A stretch of 64,000 bases of DNA from Eledone cirrhosa (taxonomy: Eukaryota). Shown here piece after piece: positions 58,128-64,000 of this stretch. Made by a program: the position numbers and the translations under genes. Position 1 is the stretch's first letter. Each line of letters opens with the position of its first letter. Location of the stretch: contig OZ024744.1 in the NCBI GenBank assembly GCA_964016885.1, forward strand, positions 84,816,001 through 84,880,000, written 5' to 3'. Below the pieces are notes generated by a model. It ran no database searches. It saw only the letters and a list, made by a program, of their open reading frames with translations, and had not been told where the DNA came from.

Positions 58128-58826
58128 GGGGTTCCCACAGGAGCACTGAGTGCAATGTCAACTCTGGATGTCGGTGAGCATGTCCAGCCAACCTCAGTCT
58201 CCTCTGTGTCACTTTTGAGCTGACTTTTGGGATGCTCCCATACAGCTCTGAGTTTTTCATCCTCAGTGTATACTGATTAATGTTCAGAGCCATCCTCAGC
58301 ATTCTCGTGTAGCACCCATCCACCATCTGAGTGAGTTTCTTGGTCAGTGCCCAAGTCTCAGACCCATACAGCAGCACAGACTCCACTACAGCAATGAAGA
58401 GGCGGATTTTCAGGTCTCTGCGAAGGTCCGACTTCCACACCGATCTCAAGCTGTGGCACGCCGCCCAGGCCTTGCTCTTCATCTCAACCACATCATCTTC
58501 CGTATTCCCAATCTTTGCTCCCAAATACAGGAAGTCATCAACCAATTCCAGCGGCCTCCCGCCCTCATTAGTGATCCCCTCTGGCTTCTCAACATTCTCT
58601 ACCAGATATTTTGTTTTAGTCTCATTCATTCTCAGCCCCACACTCATCGACACAGTCTCAACCTCCCGCATGGACACACTAGAAGAGGAAGACCAAGGTT
58701 AACGTATGTTGATGCCCTAAGGACAGACACTGGTCTGTTGGAGTGCAGGACATGGCAGCGATAATGAGGGACAGAGACCTCTGGAGAGAACTCGTCTATG
58801 GATCTCGGGAATTTTACCGGCCTTAG
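58124..58826. mobile_element. 5'-truncated RTE-clade LINE with an inverted 5' segment (58124-58668 -, 58669-58826 +)
   Basis: The minus-strand ORF '[10 protein letters not shown]...DFLYLG...VLLYGSETW...LAGHAHRH...VLLWEPL' continues on the plus strand as '[23 protein letters not shown]'. Confidence 0.8.
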
Positions 58827-58844
58827 ATATATATATATATATAT

Positions 58845-59235
58845 AACAGAACACACTCACTGTTTGGTTGGTTTTCGCTTCTGTGTCTTTTATATCGGTT
58901 AATTTAATTTATTCGGTCCTCAATGTGGCCAGTGACTGACCAACGGTAAATAATATAGATACAATATAGACACAAACACATATATATAGTCTATCAAAGT
59001 TCTTTCGTTGCACATCTGCAACATCGTCAGTGTTGCTATTATGTTTCCTCCCGTTGCATTGTATGTAAACAGACTAAATAAAGATGGCGTAAGCATACAT
59101 AATAGCACCACTGACGATGTTGCAGATGTGCAACGAAAGAACTTTGATAAACTATATATATGTGTTTGTGTCTATATTGTATCTGTATTTTTGACCGTTG
59201 GTCAGTCAATGGCAACATTGAGGACCGAATAAATA
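58845..59235. mobile_element. Penelope-like fold-back element, ~135-bp arms
   Basis: 58905-59040 is the reverse complement of 59101-59235. Core CTGACGA-T-GTTGCA-gatg-TGCAAC-GAAA at 59111-59138; stem I is weak. Confidence 0.65.
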
Positions 59236-59898
59236 AAATTCCTATAAAGACATTCCTTCTGACATCACTTTCTTCTGTCAGATATCTTTCTGATATCTTT
59301 ATAGACAAACACAAATATAAATAACGATTTCTGATTTAGGCACAAGGCCAACAATTTTTTGGAGAAAAGGTAAATCGATTAAATCGACCCCAGTGGATTA
59401 CTGGTACTTTATTTTATCGACCCCGTAGGAATGAAAGGCAAAGTTTACCTCGGTGTAATTTGAAATCAGAACGTAAAGGGCGGTAACTTTATGCTGCAAA
59501 GCATGACGTCCGATCTTCTACCGATATTACCAATCCCACAAGGCCAACACTTGTTGAGCTCTGCCGTCGGGTCATACTTTTTCCTATATGGAGAAGACCC
59601 CCCCCCCCTCGGTCACGAATCACCATGGGATTTGCACCTAGAAAGTTTTCCTCCGAGGCACAAGTCCAGGCAAGGTTTGTTTTGTGGAAGACCAATAGTC
59701 GCTCACGCATACCAGTCTCCCCTCTCCACGTCACCGATGAGGTCCAAAGGAAAGGCAATGGCCGAAACAGCTTGGCACCTGTGATGTCGCAACTCATTTC
59801 TACAGCTGAGTAAACTGGAGCAACGTGAAATAAAGTGCCTTGCTCAAGGACACAACGCATCATCCGGTCCGAGAATCGAACTCACAACCTTCCGATTG

Positions 59899-59961
<63 letters not shown>

Positions 59962-60689
59962 TATATAGATATATATGTATATACACACATATATATATAT
60001 GTATATATATGTATACATATGTATATATGTATATATATATATATATATACAAGTGGAAGCTGAGTAAAATCGAAGCTTTGTTTGCGGCCGAGCAAAATCG
60101 ACCTACAATTAGGAATGAGTAGCAAATCACTCAATAAGGGTAGGCCCAAAGAACTAGAGAGACACATACAACATTACGTTTAGATAGCTTGACATATTGA
60201 AAATTGCGGCAGGCAAACCAAGCCATACAATACCAAAACAACGAAAAAACTAATCAGGTTAGACAACAGACATATATATAAAATGAAATATATTTGAGCA
60301 GTAGTAGTTGGCGTGTTGGCGAGATGGTTGAGGTGTTAGAGTCGTCAGACGGAATGCTTTGCATATTATCTATTCCGGCCTATCCGCCAGGGCCACTTTT
60401 GAGGTGGATAAATAAATAAAAAAAGCACAAATAGAGTACTAGATAGATGGTCGATTCTTTCGTTCTTTCTTACATCTCTGTCCCTCTAGCTCCCCCGCCC
60501 TCTCTCCTTCTCACTCACTCCCCGATCTCGCTTTGTGTCTCTCCCTCTTTCTCCCACACTTTCTCTTTCTTTCTCTTTCTTCCCTCTGGAAGAAATCACC
60601 AATATTGTAAAACCATGAGGAAGAGGTTGGCACCGCCGTGTTTAAAATGCCCAAGGTGCCTGCACCGTTACCAACAAACGTTGATGACT

Positions 60690-60960
60690 GCACCGCAAAC
60701 GAACGGTGATGATACCACCCACGCCAAATTACGTTAATGACGGTGGCGCCAATATACGTTGATGAAGGCACCACCAATACGTTGATGATGGCGCTGCGAA
60801 CGTACATTGATAACGGCACAATCGCCAACGCACGTTCATCACGACACAGCCGCCAACGTACGTTGATGACGTCACCGCCGCCACGTACGTTGATGACGAT
60901 GCAGCTGCCAACGTAAATTGATGCTAACAATGCCGCCAACATACGTTGATGACGGCACGC
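60690..60960. repeat. Degenerate minisatellite built on 'gccaacgtacgttgatgacggc'
   Basis: About 9 imperfect repeats containing 'acgttgatga'. Confidence 0.6.
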
Positions 60961-61164
60961 CTACGACTCCATTGGGAGTTATGATAGAAAGCAATGAAAG
61001 ATATATATATATATATATATATATAACGAAGGTGGTGTGGTAAGGAACCAGATGGACCATAACGCACCAGAGTACTCAATACTTAGGGTAGTTGAGTGGG
61101 TAATAGAGTCCAGAAATAGCCGTCGAAACGGCTAGAGCTCTGCCGTCGGGGTTAATCATTTTCC

Positions 61165-61202
<38 letters not shown>

Positions 61203-61216
61203 ATATATATATAGTT

Positions 61217-61468
61217 ATGTAATAAACAACATAAGATAATTATTTCATTTACCAGTGGTTTCTTGAAGACAGATACTTATGTCTGTCTTCAGTCGCCAGA
61301 AAGAATAAAATGGAATATTTAGGAAACATTCACATTCCATTTTATTCTTTCTGACGACTGAAGACAGATATAAATATCTGTCTTCAAGAAACCAGTGGTA
61401 AATGAATTAATTATCTTATGTTGTTTATCACTCTCTTTTCCTTTACCTTTCCTACGGAAATACTTCAT
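61217..61468. mobile_element. Penelope-like fold-back element with a hammerhead at 61345-61406
   Basis: Arms ~61222-61316 / 61334-61428. Motif TTCTTT-CTGACGA-c-TGAAGACAGATA-taaa-TATCTGTCTTCA-a-GAAA-CC-agt-GG-TA-AATGAA. The tail resembles 45952-45987. Confidence 0.75.
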
Positions 61469-61779
61469 TATATATATATATAAACTTGATGAACTGAAAA
61501 AAATAGATACAAGAAATGAATAAATAAATCTATATAAATTTGAAGCAGACGCAGACCTTGCCCACCCCTTCCAACAAATGAAAACAAAATGGCGAAGGAA
61601 ATAAAAAGGAAACAAAAAAAAATTCTTCCATCAGCCGAGAAAATTTTCGGAAGAAATTTGTTGCTCTTTTCTCTTTTGCTTTCCATTGTTAGATTCTTAT
61701 TCATGTTATTTTATATTTTACCTCGACTTTTTCTTTTATTCTCAAGCTAACGAGATGCCAAGAATTTAAACCAATCCAT

Positions 61780-61821
<42 letters not shown>

Positions 61822-61968
61822 CTATATATATTCGAACGTATATATACAGGCATGTATATATTATAATATATATATCATAATATATATATTATAATATATA
61901 TATTATATACTGAATCTAACTAACATGCCAAGAATTTAAACCAATTCGTGTACGTATATATAAATGTA

Positions 61969-62082
<114 letters not shown>

Positions 62083-62114
62083 TATCTGTGAGTGTGTGTG
62101 TGTATGTATATATT

Positions 62115-62161
<47 letters not shown>

Positions 62162-62445
62162 GTTGTGTGTGTGTGTGTGTGTGCGTGTGTATGTGTATGT
62201 ATATATGTATGTATATATATATGTATATATATATATGTGTGTGTGTATGTATGTATATATTCAATAACCATCTATGGTAGTGGTATTTTGAATTCTTCTT
62301 CGATGTTATTGTGTGTGTGTGTGTTCCTGTGCAAATATGTAGGTGTAGGGAAGAAAAAGAAAAAAAGATGTATTTCTTTGGCAACGATGATAAATACCAG
62401 TTCTTGGACAACCTTATTGCCTATATATATATATACGCAGACAAC

Positions 62446-62514
<69 letters not shown>

Positions 62515-62604
62515 TATGTATGTATGTATTTATGTATGTATGTATGTATGTATGTATGTATGTATGTATGTAGGCAAGCATAGTCAGTAATAAAGCAAAT
62601 AGCA

Positions 62605-62641
<37 letters not shown>

Positions 62642-62691
62642 CTCGCAAAACAAATTCATGTATGTATATATATATATATATATATATGTAA

Positions 62692-62736
<45 letters not shown>

Positions 62737-62739
<3 letters not shown>

Positions 62740-63787
62740 TCTTTTACTCTTTTACCTGTTTCAGCCATCCGGCTGAAGCCATGCTGGGGCACCGCCCTTG
62801 TTGCTACACATTTTATCTCCAGCCTGTATAGGTTGGCCACTGGTGTAGGAGGGAGTTTGTTGCTGCTGCCCTTAGGTTTCCCTCGTGTCTTGCTGTGGGC
62901 TCATCCGGGATCCTGGATAACAAGGTGTCGAGATGTTTCTTAAAGAAATCCACCTCCACGTCATGCAAGTCTCGCAGATGCCTCGGCAGCCTGTTGAAGA
63001 GTTGAGGGCCCTTGAATCCCAGGCTATTGCAATACCTGCTCCTTATTCTAGATGTGGAAGACGGAACCTTTGGCACCACACAGTGACGTCCTGTTCGACG
63101 GTTGGTCCAGCTCCCAATGCCAAAGTTTGGTGCTAGTCCCTCCAGGATTTTCCACATGTAGATCACTGCGTATCTCTCCCGTCTTCGCTCCAAGGAGTAG
63201 AGGTTCAGTTCCTTCAGCCTCTCCCAGTAGCTTGTCTCCCTCATCTTGGCAATCCTCTTGGTGTAGCTTCGCTGGATTGCCTCAAGCTCCGTGGTTAGTT
63301 TGACACTATGGGGTGACCACAGCTGGGAGCAGTAGTCCAGGCGGCCTAGGACAAAAGTCCTCCACAGTGTCAACATGGTGTCTCGATCTCTTGTAAGGAA
63401 AGTCCTCAAGATCCATCCAGCGAATCGTCTACATGCTGTCGCCACCTTCATGATGTGTGAAGAAAAAGATGCATCATCGCTCATGTCTATGCCCAGGTCT
63501 CGTATCGATTTTGACACGGGGATATCAGTCCCTCCTGGTCCTGTGTAGCTGTGTTCCGCTATATTTGTGTTTGTGTTTGCAGGTTTGTATTGTAGGGCTT
63601 GGAATTTGCCAGCATTAAACTGCATGTTGTTTTCTTCCGCCCATCTGTATATGGCATCCAGATCCTGCTGTAAGAGGGCAGCGTCAGCCGGGTTTTTGAT
63701 TGCCTGTGCTACCTTAGTGTCATCAGCATAGCTAGTGAGGGATGTTGTTGCATGCACCACAGAGGGCATGTCCGAGAGAGCCACCAA
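62737..63787 (-). mobile_element. 5'-truncated CR1-group LINE (RT C-terminal half, 324-aa open frame) with a (GAGTAAAA)n-like tail
   Basis: 'SYADDTK', 'LQQDLDAIYRWAEENNMQFNAGK', 'RDLGI', 'RLDYCSQLWSP', 'YWERLKELNLYSLERRRER'. Confidence 0.85.
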
Positions 63788-63845
63788 AATATATATATAT
63801 TAATTCAAAATATTAACAAAAGTAGACATTCGTGTGATCAACTAT

Positions 63846-63910
63846 ATTTTATTATACATATTTCAAAGGTACTGAGCTATCTTCAACAGTGCGTCCTCAT
63901 CAGATAAAAT
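63846..63910 (-). ncRNA. Hammerhead motif; its inverted partner starts at ~63980 and runs off the window
   Basis: Minus strand: ATTTTAT-CTGATGA-ggacgc-ACTG...CAGT-accttt-GAAA-TATGTA-TA-ATAAAAT. The plus strand has 'attttatctgatgaggacg' at the window end. Confidence 0.65.
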
Positions 63911-64000
63911 AAGATGAAGCATGACATACCCTGACATATTAGATGGTTAAGATTCAGTCATGGTAGTCAATTTATTTTATTTTATCTGATGAGGACGTAT

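Noticed and set aside
50817-60960. Minisatellites at 50.8 and 60.7 kb as possible CRISPR-like arrays
   Set aside because: Eukaryotic context, no unique spacers and no cas genes.

Overview
AT-rich eukaryotic genomic DNA, dense in microsatellites and transposons. The SINE content suggests an octopod cephalopod, but this is inferred. The only credible host gene is a divergent, intronless IFRD-family ORF (342-1607, -). The rest is repeats: a full-length but decayed Tx1/L1-type LINE plus three 5'-truncated relatives, all in (TATC)n tracts; a decayed CRE-clade RT+RLE retrotransposon with an N-terminal PHD finger; RTE and CR1-type fragments; an internally deleted mariner; Tc1 and hAT MITEs; three non-autonomous Helitrons; and many tRNA-derived SINEs. 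The main finding is more than a dozen sequence-unrelated short elements, mostly next to (TA)n tracts and often in fold-back palindromes. Each folds by eye into a type I hammerhead ribozyme (CUGANGA-stem II-GAAA-stem III-UH with a closing stem I), consistent with Penelope-like pseudo-LTRs or retrozymes. Several have non-canonical cores, and one lies in a 402-bp tandem unit. All folds are by eye and boundaries are approximate. Most short ORFs in the track are microsatellite artefacts.
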